From the NCBI GenBank assembly GCA_965240325.2, contig OZ251222.1:1488001-1552000 (forward strand): a stretch of 64,000 nucleotides of DNA. Reading direction: 5' to 3'. Shown here piece by piece: positions 13,207 to 23,633 of this stretch. The notes under the pieces were generated by a model. It was given only the letters and a program-made list of their open reading frames with translations. It ran no database searches and was not told the DNA's origin. A program made the position numbers and the translations under genes. The DNA is from Rebecca billardiae RCC1528 (lineage: Eukaryota > Protista > Haptophyta). Positions within the stretch are counted from its first letter, which is position 1. Each line of letters begins with the position of its first letter.

Positions 13207-13499
13207 CCTCGCCGCGACCCGCGCACGCTATCCTCGCGCACGCTACCCTCGCGCGCCGAGCTCGGAGTCGTGGGAGACCGTTTGTCACCGCCTGTCCGGA
13301 CGCCGCCGCTGCTCGGCGTCAGAACCGTATATTCAGCGGCGGAGCCAACGGCCGGTCGGCTCCAGCATCCACCGGACCTTTCAAAAAAGCCGCAGCTCCC
13401 GTTGGTCGCGAGCTGGTGACGACGACGCAGCGCTCGTCACGAAGCTGAAAGCGATCTTCTCGGCGTGGCAGGCACTGCAAGAGAACGTTGGTCACAGTC

Positions 13500-16400
13500 A
13501 TGTCCTTCACCGGCGCGCTGCTCGGGCGCCGCCCAATCGTCCCGCGCGTGGAGGCCGAGGGGCATGGCGAGAGCGGCGCGGCACTCCCGCCACGGCGGCT
13601 ACTCGCTGCGTTCGAGGAGCTCTCGCGCGTGCGCCTCGGCGTGGTGCACGTGATCGATGCGCGGCGCCGTGGCGATTGCGCGCGCGTGCGCATCCGTGCG
13701 TTTGACATGGCGCACCTCGACAGCGACGCCAAGGTGCGCGCGCGCGCGCGGCGCGCGGGGCATGTGGTATGTGTGCATCTACGCCAGCTTGCGCTCACCC
13801 GCCGCGTTGCCGGCGCGCGCGACGCATCGACACACAGGCTCGTGCCGAGGGCGAGGTCGCGGCTCTGTGCGCGCTGCCAGCCGACGCGCACCTCCAGCGA
13901 GTGCTCGAGTGGTTTGTCGACGGCGACGCGCTGTACGTGGTCTCGGAGGCGAGCTCGTGGACGAGTCTCGCCGACTTGATCACCCGCTTCGCGGGGGAGC
14001 TCACGCCAGAGCGCCTCGTGTGGCAGCTGCTGCGGCAGTGCGGTTCGGCTCTGCTTCGGCTGCACGGCCGCGGCCTCGAGCACGGCGGCGTGCAGCCTGG
14101 CTGCCTCTTCGTGCACGGTGCGGCGCCGCGCGCGTGTGGGCCGCCCATCACGCGCGACTGTCGCTCACCGACGCATTTCTCGCCCCACCCGCCCCACGCC
14201 ACGCCTCGCCCGGCTCGGCAGAGGCGCCCGGCACCGCTCTGGAGTCGCTCGAGCTCACCCTCCGGCTTGGCGACTGCGGGCTGGCGCGCCTGCGCCGTGC
14301 GGCGCAGGCGCACGGCCAGGACGCACCGGACGCGCAGCTGTATGCATCCCCGGAGGATGACGACGGCTTCGGCCCGAGCGCACCCGCGGACATGTGGGCG
14401 CTCGGCTGTGTGGCATACGAGCTGGCCGCGGGCCGGCCGCCTTTCCTCGGCGTCAGCGCGGACGCGCTCGCGCGCAGGCGCGCGACAGAGCCGCCACCTG
14501 CTCTGCCGACGCGCTACTCCGCGGCGCTGCGCGAGCTCGTGGGCGAGCTGCTCGACAAGGCGCCTGCGCGACGCCCCACAGCCGCCGACGTGCTCGCGCG
14601 CAGCTTCGACGCGGAGGCGCCGCCGCCGCGGCGGCACGGCGCAGCGGCCGGAGCAGCAGCCGAGTCTGAGCACGCGGGCGGCCGAGCGAGCGCGACGCCG
14701 ACGGCGAGCACCGCCGTCTCGCCCGCCGCTGAGCGCCGGGCGGCGCCACGCACCGCGCGCGCTCGGCTACCACTCGGCGAGCTACTGGACGGCTCGCCGC
14801 TCTCCTCGCCGCCGCACTCGCGCCTGCCCAGCCGCTCAGACACGCCCAGCTCGCCGCTCTCGCCGCCCTCTCCCGCAGCGCAAGCTGCGCGCGCCGGGCA
14901 CCGGGCTGGGCAGGCCATGGAGGAGGACGAGGAGGAGGAGGAGGAGACGACGGACGACGACGAGGAGGAGGATGACGACGACGACATTCTCGCCTCCGCC
15001 GACGCGCGCACATTGCGCGCTGCGCTCGCCGAGCGCCAACGCCGTCGCGTGCACGCAGGCGCACCGGCCAGCGTGGGCCGGCCGCCCTCCCAGCCGGCCG
15101 CCCAGCCGGCCGCCCCCGAGCAGCACGACGGCAGCGCCGCCGCCCTCGAGGCGATGCGGGTGCGCAACGAGGCGCTCGAGGCGGAGCTGGCGTCACACCG
15201 CCAGGCGAGCGCGCGCCAGCTGCTCGCCGCCGCCGACCAACGCTCCGCGGCTCTCGAGGGCGCGGCTGCGCTCACCGCGGCGCGCCTTGCGCTCGCACAG
15301 CGCGAGGAGGCGCTGCGCGCGGCCGAGCTGGCGCTGGCGCGCAAGCAGGCGGCGCTCTCGCCACACGCGGGCCGCGCCGCCGGCACCGACGGCGGCTCGG
15401 AGCTGCTCACGCGCTCCGAGCTGCTACCTGAGCTGCCACTCAGGCCCACATCCGCACCGCCCGACGGCTCGCACGCCTTCGCGCCGAGCCATGCGCACTC
15501 GCCCCCGCCCCGCAAGGCAGCTGCTGCGCCTTCGAGCGCGAGCGCGCGCGCGCGCCCTGCTGGGCACGGACTGGCGCGGCCTGCCCCGCCGTCGCCCGCC
15601 ACGGCGGCTGTGGCGCGCGAGGATCGCCCCATCGTCGCCTCACCCGCCGTGCACGCGCACGTGCCGAAGACGCCGGTCGGCTCTGCGGCCGGCTCTCCCG
15701 CCCACTCAGCCGTGCAGGCGGCGCATTCGGCCTCGCGCGCCCACGTTCGCGCCGCCTCTGCGAGGACGGGTGCCGCCTCTCAGCCGGCCGATCATCGCGC
15801 CGAGCCGGGCAGTGCGGGGCGGCATACGCAGGCAGCCTGGCGAGCGACTGCAAGCTCGGCCGCTCGGGCGCAGGCAGCGCGTGCCAAGCTCGAGGCTGCA
15901 GCCGCGGGCGAGCCCGCCGCGCGCGCTGCCTGGCCCGCCTCGCCGCGCGCCTGCAGCGCGACGTCGGGCGCATCGGTGGGCGCCTCCGACCCGCGCACCG
16001 CCTCCGCCTGCCTGGCGATCGCCGCCTCCGGCTCTCTGCTCCGCTCGCCGCGGGCGCAGGCTCTGGTGTCAGCGGGCACGCCCGCGCATGAGCGCGGGCA
16101 CAGCACGCCGCGCGCGTCGCAAGGCGCGCCAGCCGGCGCGCGCATGGCGCGGCAGCACTCGCCCAGCGCCGCGCTGGCGCGCACCTCGCCGCGCGGCGCC
16201 ATGGCCCAGCAGCAGCGTGCTCGCGGCGGCGCCGCCCCATCGTCGGCGCGCGTCTCCACGCCCGCGCTAGCCGCGAGCCCGGCAAGCCGCGCGCGCACGG
16301 CTCGCGCGGTCGCTCGACCGGGCTCCGGCGCGCGAGGCGCCCTCAAGCAAGCGTCGAGGGCGACAGACGAGCCGTCCATCCAGCAGCGCGCACAGCAGGC

Positions 16401-16752
16401 AGCTCCGCACAGGCTGGTCAGCTCGGAGGACGCAACCGACGCAGGCCACGCGACGCCTGACGGCACGCCTTCCGGACGGCCGCGGGCGGCGAACGCGCGC
16501 TTCCGGCAGCTCATGGCTGCCGAGGCGCAGCGCGTGAGCGACGAGGCGAGGTGTGTTGTCCTCGCGGCGGCGGCCAACTCCCAACCGTCGACGCCCGGCA
16601 TGCTCACGCCGGAGCGCGCCACCAAACCCACTGCCGGCGATGGTCCCGCGCCAAGCAGCCCTGCGGAAGCGGCCGTTCACGAGCTGCGCCAGCTCAGGCT
16701 CGAGCGCAAGCTCCTGGAGCAGTCTCAGCGCGCTGCCGCCGCGACTACCTAG
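13500..16752 (+). CDS. NEK/NIMA-like protein kinase fold (probable pseudokinase) with acidic, coiled-coil and disordered tail. Introns 13734-13837, 14118-14221
   Basis: EWFVDGDALYVVSE, LRLGDCGLAR, YASPE, ADMWALGCVAYELAAGRPPF, LPTRYSAALRELVGELL and RRPTA are NEK-like. HRD is replaced by HGG. Confidence 0.8.
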
Positions 16753-17119
16753 TACCTCCTAGTCCTACTGCCCATGTCGGATGTCCGATGAGTCGACGCA
16801 CTCGACGCCGAAGGCGAAGAGCAGCGGACGCGGTCGGCCCGGTCGCAGTGATGTCGAACACGACTCACGAGTCCGACGAGACACGAGGCCCGTACTCTAA
16901 CTCACGGCCAACGCCCACGCCCCGCCATGTGCATCGGACCGTGACGGTCAGGTTCCGCTGCCTGACTGACTGACTGGGCACTGGCACCGCTGCCGCACTG
17001 ACGACGCTACACGCCACACACACGCGGCCGGTAACACGGGGCCCCCGGCAACTCAGCTTACAGTGAGCTAGCTTAAGCTAACTACTACGACTAGCTTTTC
17101 TGAGTATTCACCGTATTGA

Positions 17120-17219
<100 letters not shown>

Positions 17220-17694
17220 GCGCTATAGTATTAGTAAGTTACAACCGGTACGGCAAGCACGGACCGAGCTAGTTACACTTACAGACGACGTAGTACTAGA
17301 TAGTAGCTAGCTACTGGACGCAGTATGATGAGTAGCTAGCCGACTGAGCGGGTGAGGCGACTCGCTCACGACGGATTGGTCTAAGAATAAGTGACTAGTC
17401 AGTCTACTAAAAATAAGTGGGTCAGTCTTCAGATAGAGCAGGGCTCATCAGCAGTAAGAATTTGGCCGCTGCGCCTGCTGTCGGATCGTCCGGCTATAGC
17501 GAGTAGCAGAGTCGCCCTAGCAGCCTAGCTAGGCCTCACCTATGCAGTATCAGTCATCACTATCTGAATCGACTGCTAAGTCAGACTGTCATCAGTCGTC
17601 GTATCACTGGACGGATCAGCCGACAGGGTCCGCGGCCCGAGCCGCCGGGCATGACCGCGTGCGGCCCGCGCCGCTCATTACTAATGGAGACTCA

Positions 17695-18162
17695 TTACCA
17701 TTCATCCGCCTGCTCTTCGCCTTCGTGCTGGCTGTGCGATTCAGCATGAGCTGCCGAGGCTTGTTTGAGGGTCCGGAAACGCTGCCCGGAGGGTGACACG
17801 TACACCTTGCTCTTGCCACTGAGCTCAATCGTCCAGCCGCTGGCCTCAAGCGCATGCGCGAGCGAGCGCTTGCGTGAGCCACCTTCAGTGCCTTTATGCG
17901 CGAGCGAATCAGCGATTTGCGCCGGCATGCTGATACTGCCGTCGCACATGCGCTCCACATTCCGGAGCGAATGTCGGTGCACGGCAGCGGCTTTCACCTG
18001 CAGCTGGGTAATTGCCGGCATCCCATCAAAGGTGTCGGATAAGGCAGCGTGTTGCAGTTCCGGGACGGCAAGCTGGCGGCATGCTCGGAGATGTGCCGAC
18101 GTGAAGTGATCCGATTGGCGGAACTCTCGCAGCACGGCGATGCGCTGGCTGGGCTGGGCCAT
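17695..18162 (-). CDS. Small protein (155 aa) with a C-terminal MBD-like motif
   Basis: GWTIELSGKSKVYVSPSGQRFRTLKQA resembles the MBD signature GW...YxSPxGxxFRS. The ATG at 18162 is divergent from tcdA. Confidence 0.55.
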   Translation of the reverse strand: MAQPSQRIAVLREFRQSDHFTSAHLRACRQLAVPELQHAALSDTFDGMPAITQLQVKAAAVHRHSLRNVERMCDGSISMPAQIADSLAHKGTEGGSRKRSLAHALEASGWTIELSGKSKVYVSPSGQRFRTLKQASAAHAESHSQHEGEEQADEW

Positions 18163-18345
18163 GACAGCAGCTCGTCGCGCAGCAAGCTTCGCAGGGCGGG
18201 CACGCACTAGACGGCGGCAGCGTCGTTCGCGGGGCCGCGGCACCGGTGGCGAGTCAATCCGGATTCCGGAGTCCGGACGCTTCAGCGGCTTTGTACCTTG
18301 CAAAGCCGCTAACCGTCGTCGCCTTCGGGTACTTCCTGCTTTTCG

Positions 18346-19341
18346 ATGGCGCCGCGGGTTGCCACGTGGCTGCCGTGTGTACTCGCCCTGGCGCGGGTCG
18401 ACCAGCAGGCCTACGCTTGCTCTCCGGCGCACGTTTCGGAGCACAGCCTCCGCTTCCGTGGCGTTAGCGGGCTGTATGGCGAACATGCGCTGAGGCGCTT
18501 CGAAGCTGCACACGTAGCAGTGGTTGGTGTCGGCGGCGTCGGCGGGTGGACGGCTGAGGCGCTCGCACGAACTGGGATTGGCGCGATCACGCTGATCGAC
18601 TTGGACGAGGTGTGCATCTCGAACACAAATCGCCAGCTCCCGGCGATGCTCAACACCATCGGTCGCCCGAAAACAAGCGTGCTTGCGGAGCGCATCTTGC
18701 AAATCAACCCGGGCTGTCGCGTGCACGAGGTCGCAGAATGGCTCACTGCGGAGACCGTCGACAGATTGCTTCTGCGCGCGGCTGAGCCGCTCGATGCCGT
18801 CGTCGACGCCATCGATGACGTTGCTGATAAATGCGCGCTGATCGACGCCTGCGTGCGCACCGGCTTACCGGTCGTCACGGCCGGCGGCGCTGGAGGCAAG
18901 CGCGACGCATCAATGGTGCATGCGGTCGACCTTGCACACGTGGCAAACGACCCACTGCTCAAGCAGGTGAGACGGACGCTGCGCAAGGAGTACGGCTTCC
19001 CGCCCGCGGAGCCTCGTGGCCGCGGCCGCGAGTGGGGTCTCTCGTGCGTGTCATCGAAGGAGCCTCCAGCCGCGCGCCGGGCAGGGAACGACTGCGACAG
19101 CTTTGGCACGTCGTGCGCGGTGACGGGCGTCTTTGGCTTCACGCTGGCGAGCATCCTCGCAGGACTGCTCGCGGCAGAGGCCGATGAGGTTCGCGTCGCG
19201 TCCGCGGGGCCCTCGAAGGTCGAGGATTCGGCGCTCCACGGCTATTCGACGCAAGCGACGAGCCAGCGGCGAGACGATTTGTACGCCGGCCTGCGCGCTC
19301 GATGCAGTGGCAGTGCCAGTGGCGGCACTGGGCAGTGCTAA
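18346..19341 (+). CDS. tcdA: tRNA threonylcarbamoyladenosine dehydratase (TcdA/CsdL, ThiF/E1-like) with an N-terminal hydrophobic extension
   Basis: LRFRGVSGLYG, VVGVGGVGGWTAEALARTGIG, IDLDEVCISNTNRQ, VVDAID, GGAGGKRD, DPLLKQVRRTLRK and VTGVFGF. Confidence 0.92.
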   Translation: MAPRVATWLPCVLALARVDQQAYACSPAHVSEHSLRFRGVSGLYGEHALRRFEAAHVAVVGVGGVGGWTAEALARTGIGAITLIDLDEVCISNTNRQLPAMLNTIGRPKTSVLAERILQINPGCRVHEVAEWLTAETVDRLLLRAAEPLDAVVDAIDDVADKCALIDACVRTGLPVVTAGGAGGKRDASMVHAVDLAHVANDPLLKQVRRTLRKEYGFPPAEPRGRGREWGLSCVSSKEPPAARRAGNDCDSFGTSCAVTGVFGFTLASILAGLLAAEADEVRVASAGPSKVEDSALHGYSTQATSQRRDDLYAGLRARCSGSASGGTGQC

Positions 19342-19837
19342 TGGCTAAGCTGGCACCACGTACAGCATCGTAGCAGGATTGAGGATTCGATCAGGAGTAG
19401 CAGTCGTCTGCTTCTTGCAGCGCTATCTCTCTCTCTCTCTCTCGTCTCTGCTCTCTCTCTCGGCACTCTGCGATGTAATACAGCATATGCACTGCCACTT
19501 GCGTAACACTATATAACAGTCGAGGATCTGCATTTTATTATGGCCCGCGGTGCAGGGCGGAGCGCGTAGCGTGGAGCCCCGCCGGGGGCCCTCACTACGT
19601 TGTCAAAAAGATCTTTTGATCAAAGAAAAGGGGACGGGGGACGATTTTGAGGGCTGTTGGAGGGTGAGTTTTCGCTTTTTCGAGGGGTTCATTCGCCCAT
19701 TGCTCTGCATTAGCAAGACGCGATTGACGAAATAGCCGCGCCCGGGCCATTCCGCATAAGTCGATGGACGGACGTGCATTTGTCAGTATATCTGGGTGAA
19801 CGAATCTGCGATTTGTTGTAAATCTTCATAGCATATT

Positions 19838-19885
19838 GCCAAATAGGACGAGGACCCAAGCGCTTGGGTCCTCGTCCTATTTGGC
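19838..19885. repeat. Perfect 48-bp palindrome
   Basis: GCCAAATAGGACGAGGACCCAAGC|GCTTGGGTCCTCGTCCTATTTGGC. Confidence 0.95.
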
Positions 19886-20189
19886 GCGTGGGTGCGGGCT
19901 GAGGGCTCCTGGCAAAAAGTCTTCGTCAAGTACTCAACTTTACTAACGACGAACCTTTGCGCGCTGCCAAATTACTCAACTTTACACCTAATAATGACCC
20001 CAGTGGGCGGAAATGGCCATATCTCCAGGAGATCGGGAGTACTCACACGTGTGAGTCATGTTTCGTCCTTTTTTCCGAGACGTTGATTGGTCAAACGCTC
20101 AGCATTCTATGTCCACAATTCCATATCGACACAACACAACTCGAGACAACCTTCACTTTCGAGCGGGCGAAAGGAGCTTTGCCTTCGGA

Positions 20190-21437
20190 CCCGCAGGCAT
20201 ATGCGTTCTCGCTGGCACGCGGCGCGCGCTGCCGCTCGCCGCCGCTGCGCTCGATGCGAGCGCGGCCGCCGCCGCGGCAGCGCGCGGGCCGGGCGGCTGC
20301 GAGGACCCGGGCGCGCTCGTGCGCAAGCGGCGGCGCCCGGTGGGCGGCGCGGCGGCGCCCGCCGACGCGCACGGCAAGAGCGAAGGCTGCGGTGCGCTGA
20401 GTGACGCCGAGGTGGAGGCCGCGGCCAGCGAGCTCGCGCGGCCCGGCGCGCGCGCGGTGCGGCTCGGGCTGGGGCACGAGGCGCGGACGGCGGCGCGCTC
20501 GGCGGCACCGGCGCGCTGGATGCGCTCGCCTGCCCGCTCGCGCGGCACGCGGCTGCGAGGCGCAGCGCGAGCCGCCGGGCTAGGCCGCGTGCGCCGAGGC
20601 GGGCGAGACGCTCGGCGTGCTCGGCGGCGCGCTCGGCATCACGGCGCGCTGCTGGCGGCGCTGCTCGCGTGCCCTTCCATCGTCTCGCTCGCCACATCCG
20701 CCGCGACGGAGCAGTCCAGCAGCAGCACCGTTTCCGGCATGCGCACGCTGGCGCTCGCGCACGCCAACTGCGAGTGCGGAGGCGCTGGGCGCCGAGCTGG
20801 CGAAGCGCGGCGCCGAGCTCGACGCGCTGCGCGACGCGGCGACGGACGCGCTGCCGCTGGGCGCGCGTGGCGCCCTCGTCGCGACGCCCCGTGCAGCAGC
20901 TCGAGCAGCCAGCTGTGGAGTAGACGGCCGTCGAGGCGATCGGCGCCGGGTGCCAGCGCGCACGGGCTCAGCCCGTGCCGCTGGCTCGGGCCGCCGCAGC
21001 CGTCTTCGAGGCCGACGCGGCGGAGGAGGCGGCGGGCGAGCTGACGGCGGCGCGGTCCGGCGGTGGAGCAGGCGCGCACGCGCGGCGGCAGGCGCGACGC
21101 GCCGCTCGCCTCGTTCCACCCCGAGCTCCGCTCGGTCTCGGTGCGCGGCTGCCGGTAGCGCAGGCCGGGGCAGCACTGCGTGGCGCGCGCTCTCGCTCCG
21201 TCTGCCGGCACGAGGTGCGCCGGCTGAGTGAGCGACCAGCGGCCCGTCGTCGAGCGCATGGCGCCGCGCGAGCACCTCAAGCAGACTGTGCGCCCGCACG
21301 CGCGCACGCGCCGGCCCGCGCCGCGCGGCGCCTATCGCCCTGCCTGCGCGCGCGCGCCGCCCCGCGGCGGCCGCTTCCCCGCGCGGCGGCCCGCCGGCGA
21401 CAGTCCTCGGCCCGCCGGCCCGGTGGGCGGCAACTGA
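20190..21437 (+). CDS. Possible intron-containing Ala-rich hypothetical gene; structure unresolved
   Basis: Coding-like fragments occur in different frames (LSDAEVEAAASELAR; AEALGAELAKRGAELDALRD; AVFEADAAEEAAGEL), separated by GTGCG...GCAG-like segments. Confidence 0.3.
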
Positions 21438-21682
21438 GTTGTGGCGGTGGCAGCTCCGAGGCGAACGAACTGTTACACATGATTGTCCGACTGAGACAGC
21501 ACTCAGCAGCCGACGGAGGGTGCACCGCGGTCCCCTAACTGCGTTGGTTCTACGGAAGGACCGCGGAACGCGGTCATTTATAATTGCTGAATCACGACTA
21601 CGGACTAACAGACTACAGTCTCCGTAACTACGTACACGCTAACAGTCTCATGCGCGCAGCTATATATATATCAGATATCTCG

Positions 21683-21714
<32 letters not shown>

Positions 21715-21846
21715 AGCTCAGACAACTGTCAACTGCGCTGCCAGAGCTAGCTGCTGCCTGCTGCCCGTGCTGGGCCTGGTGTGGTGATCGGGGCGCCACC
21801 CGGGCCAAGGGGGAGGGGGGGCTGTTGAGCTGGCGGACGGGCCTCG

Positions 21847-23427
21847 TCAACGGTCGTATTGATGATGCTCATGCATCTCAGAGGTGTGCTCGGTGCCGTC
21901 AAACAGCCGATGATGCACCAGCTCGTCGTCAGGCGCGTCGCCGAAGGCGGGATGCAACAACGCGCTCGGAATCGGATCCGACGCTCCGAGCAGCTCTCCC
22001 GTGCGCCGAACAGCGCCCATTGCGCCAACGGATGGAGGGCGCATCGCGCGAAGGTGCGCTGAGTCTAGTGCTGCGGCCGCCGTGATGAAAGAGTGGCGGG
22101 CGAGCTCGGCACGCAATCGGCGAATCAGGTGCAGGTCGTGCTCCTCCTCGGCCGCCCACGCTGCCTCCTCGGCCGTGCGCGCGCGCTCGGCAGCGGATCG
22201 CGCACCGTCGGCGCGTGCGAGCGCGTGCTCGTGCGGGCGCGCTCCTTGCCCCGGATGAGGCGGCGCCGGCTGCGCAAGCCCCGGCTTGATGGCCGAGTGG
22301 TACGGCGCGCGCTCGGGCATCGCGGCGACAGGTCGCGTCTGCACCGCGCGCGCGCGCATGGCGAAGAGCAGCGTCGAGACGTTCTCGTCGTAGCTCGACG
22401 CATCCGCGCTGATGGTCGCGACGATGCACGTCTTCGAGTTGCCCGCGAGTGCGTTGGTGAGCAGCCGCGTGATCTTGGAGTTGCGGAACGGCACGTGCGG
22501 CGCGGACGCGCTGCCGCCCGACGCGAGCGCAGAGATGCAGTTGCCCAGGGCCGAGACCGAGCGGTTGATCGCCTTGGCCTCTTCGAGCCGCTCCCCCTGG
22601 CTGCGCGACTTGTGCACGCGCTCGGAGCCCGCGAGGTCGACGAGCGTGAGCACCGACGCGCGGCCCGCCGTCCTCACCTCGAGCTCGACGACGGTGTGCG
22701 AGCGAGACGACGCGCGGTTCGTGCGCGTGGCGCTGACCTGGCGCGCGCGCACGACGCGGTGAAGCTCGCGCAGCGCCTGCGCGACTCCGCCGGTGATGGC
22801 CACGCGCACGAGGCCGTCGAGCCGCACGCCGCGCTCGCCGTCCTCGCGGATCTTGGGCGCAGCCGCCGCCGCCCCGCCCGCGCCGAGCAGGTCGGTGACG
22901 CGCTCGAGGTACACCTCGTACGCGCGCATACTCAGCTCAAAGGGGCGGCCCGCGCGCTGGGCGCGCGCCTGCGCGCCGCAGAGGTCCATCGCGGCGCGCG
23001 CCACGATCCCTCCCTCGCGCCCGACCCGATCGACCAGAGCGTCGTCCGCAGCGGCCACGGCACCGACGCCCGTGAGACCGAGTCCGTACATCGTGTGCGT
23101 CTTCCCCGAGCCCGTGGCGCCGAAGGCGAGCACGGTGGCATTGAAGCCATGCACGACGTCGTGCACGCTGGTCAGCCCGACGCTCGCGTACGCGTCAGCC
23201 TGCGTCGCCTCGCGCGTCAGCACGTCGTCCGCCTCGAACGCGCGCCTGTCAAAGTAGGGCCGCTGCAGCACGACGGCGTGGGGGGGACGCTCGGACACGC
23301 TGGAGTCGCCCGCGATGCGCTGCGGCCGGACGCGAAAGACGACCCGGATGCTGCGGGCGCCAGCCTCATCCGCACCCGCCGGCGCCTCGCCCCGATTCGC
23401 CTCGTGCGGCGAGAGGGGGCGCAGCAT
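21847..23427 (-). CDS. Kinesin motor-domain protein (526 aa, short tail)
   Basis: IRVVFRVRP, P-loop FGATGSGKTHTM, switch I NRASSRSH, switch II LVDLAGSER, INRSVSALGNCI and HVPFRNSKITRLL. Confidence 0.95.
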   Translation of the reverse strand: MLRPLSPHEANRGEAPAGADEAGARSIRVVFRVRPQRIAGDSSVSERPPHAVVLQRPYFDRRAFEADDVLTREATQADAYASVGLTSVHDVVHGFNATVLAFGATGSGKTHTMYGLGLTGVGAVAAADDALVDRVGREGGIVARAAMDLCGAQARAQRAGRPFELSMRAYEVYLERVTDLLGAGGAAAAAPKIREDGERGVRLDGLVRVAITGGVAQALRELHRVVRARQVSATRTNRASSRSHTVVELEVRTAGRASVLTLVDLAGSERVHKSRSQGERLEEAKAINRSVSALGNCISALASGGSASAPHVPFRNSKITRLLTNALAGNSKTCIVATISADASSYDENVSTLLFAMRARAVQTRPVAAMPERAPYHSAIKPGLAQPAPPHPGQGARPHEHALARADGARSAAERARTAEEAAWAAEEEHDLHLIRRLRAELARHSFITAAAALDSAHLRAMRPPSVGAMGAVRRTGELLGASDPIPSALLHPAFGDAPDDELVHHRLFDGTEHTSEMHEHHQYDR

Positions 23428-23633
23428 GCCTCGCGCGCCAACGGTCTTCGACGTGCGCGACTCCGGACTCGCGGGGCGCGGGCCGCCGCCCGCCGCCCGC
23501 CGAGTCAGTCAGCCGGACCATCTTCAATCTCCGGACGCGCTCGAGATCTGCGCCGTCCACTTTTCAGATGATGATTTCCGCCAGCCTGACGGCGGTCGAT
23601 TTTCGTTCGATGCGCCGGCTCAGCGCGATAAAA

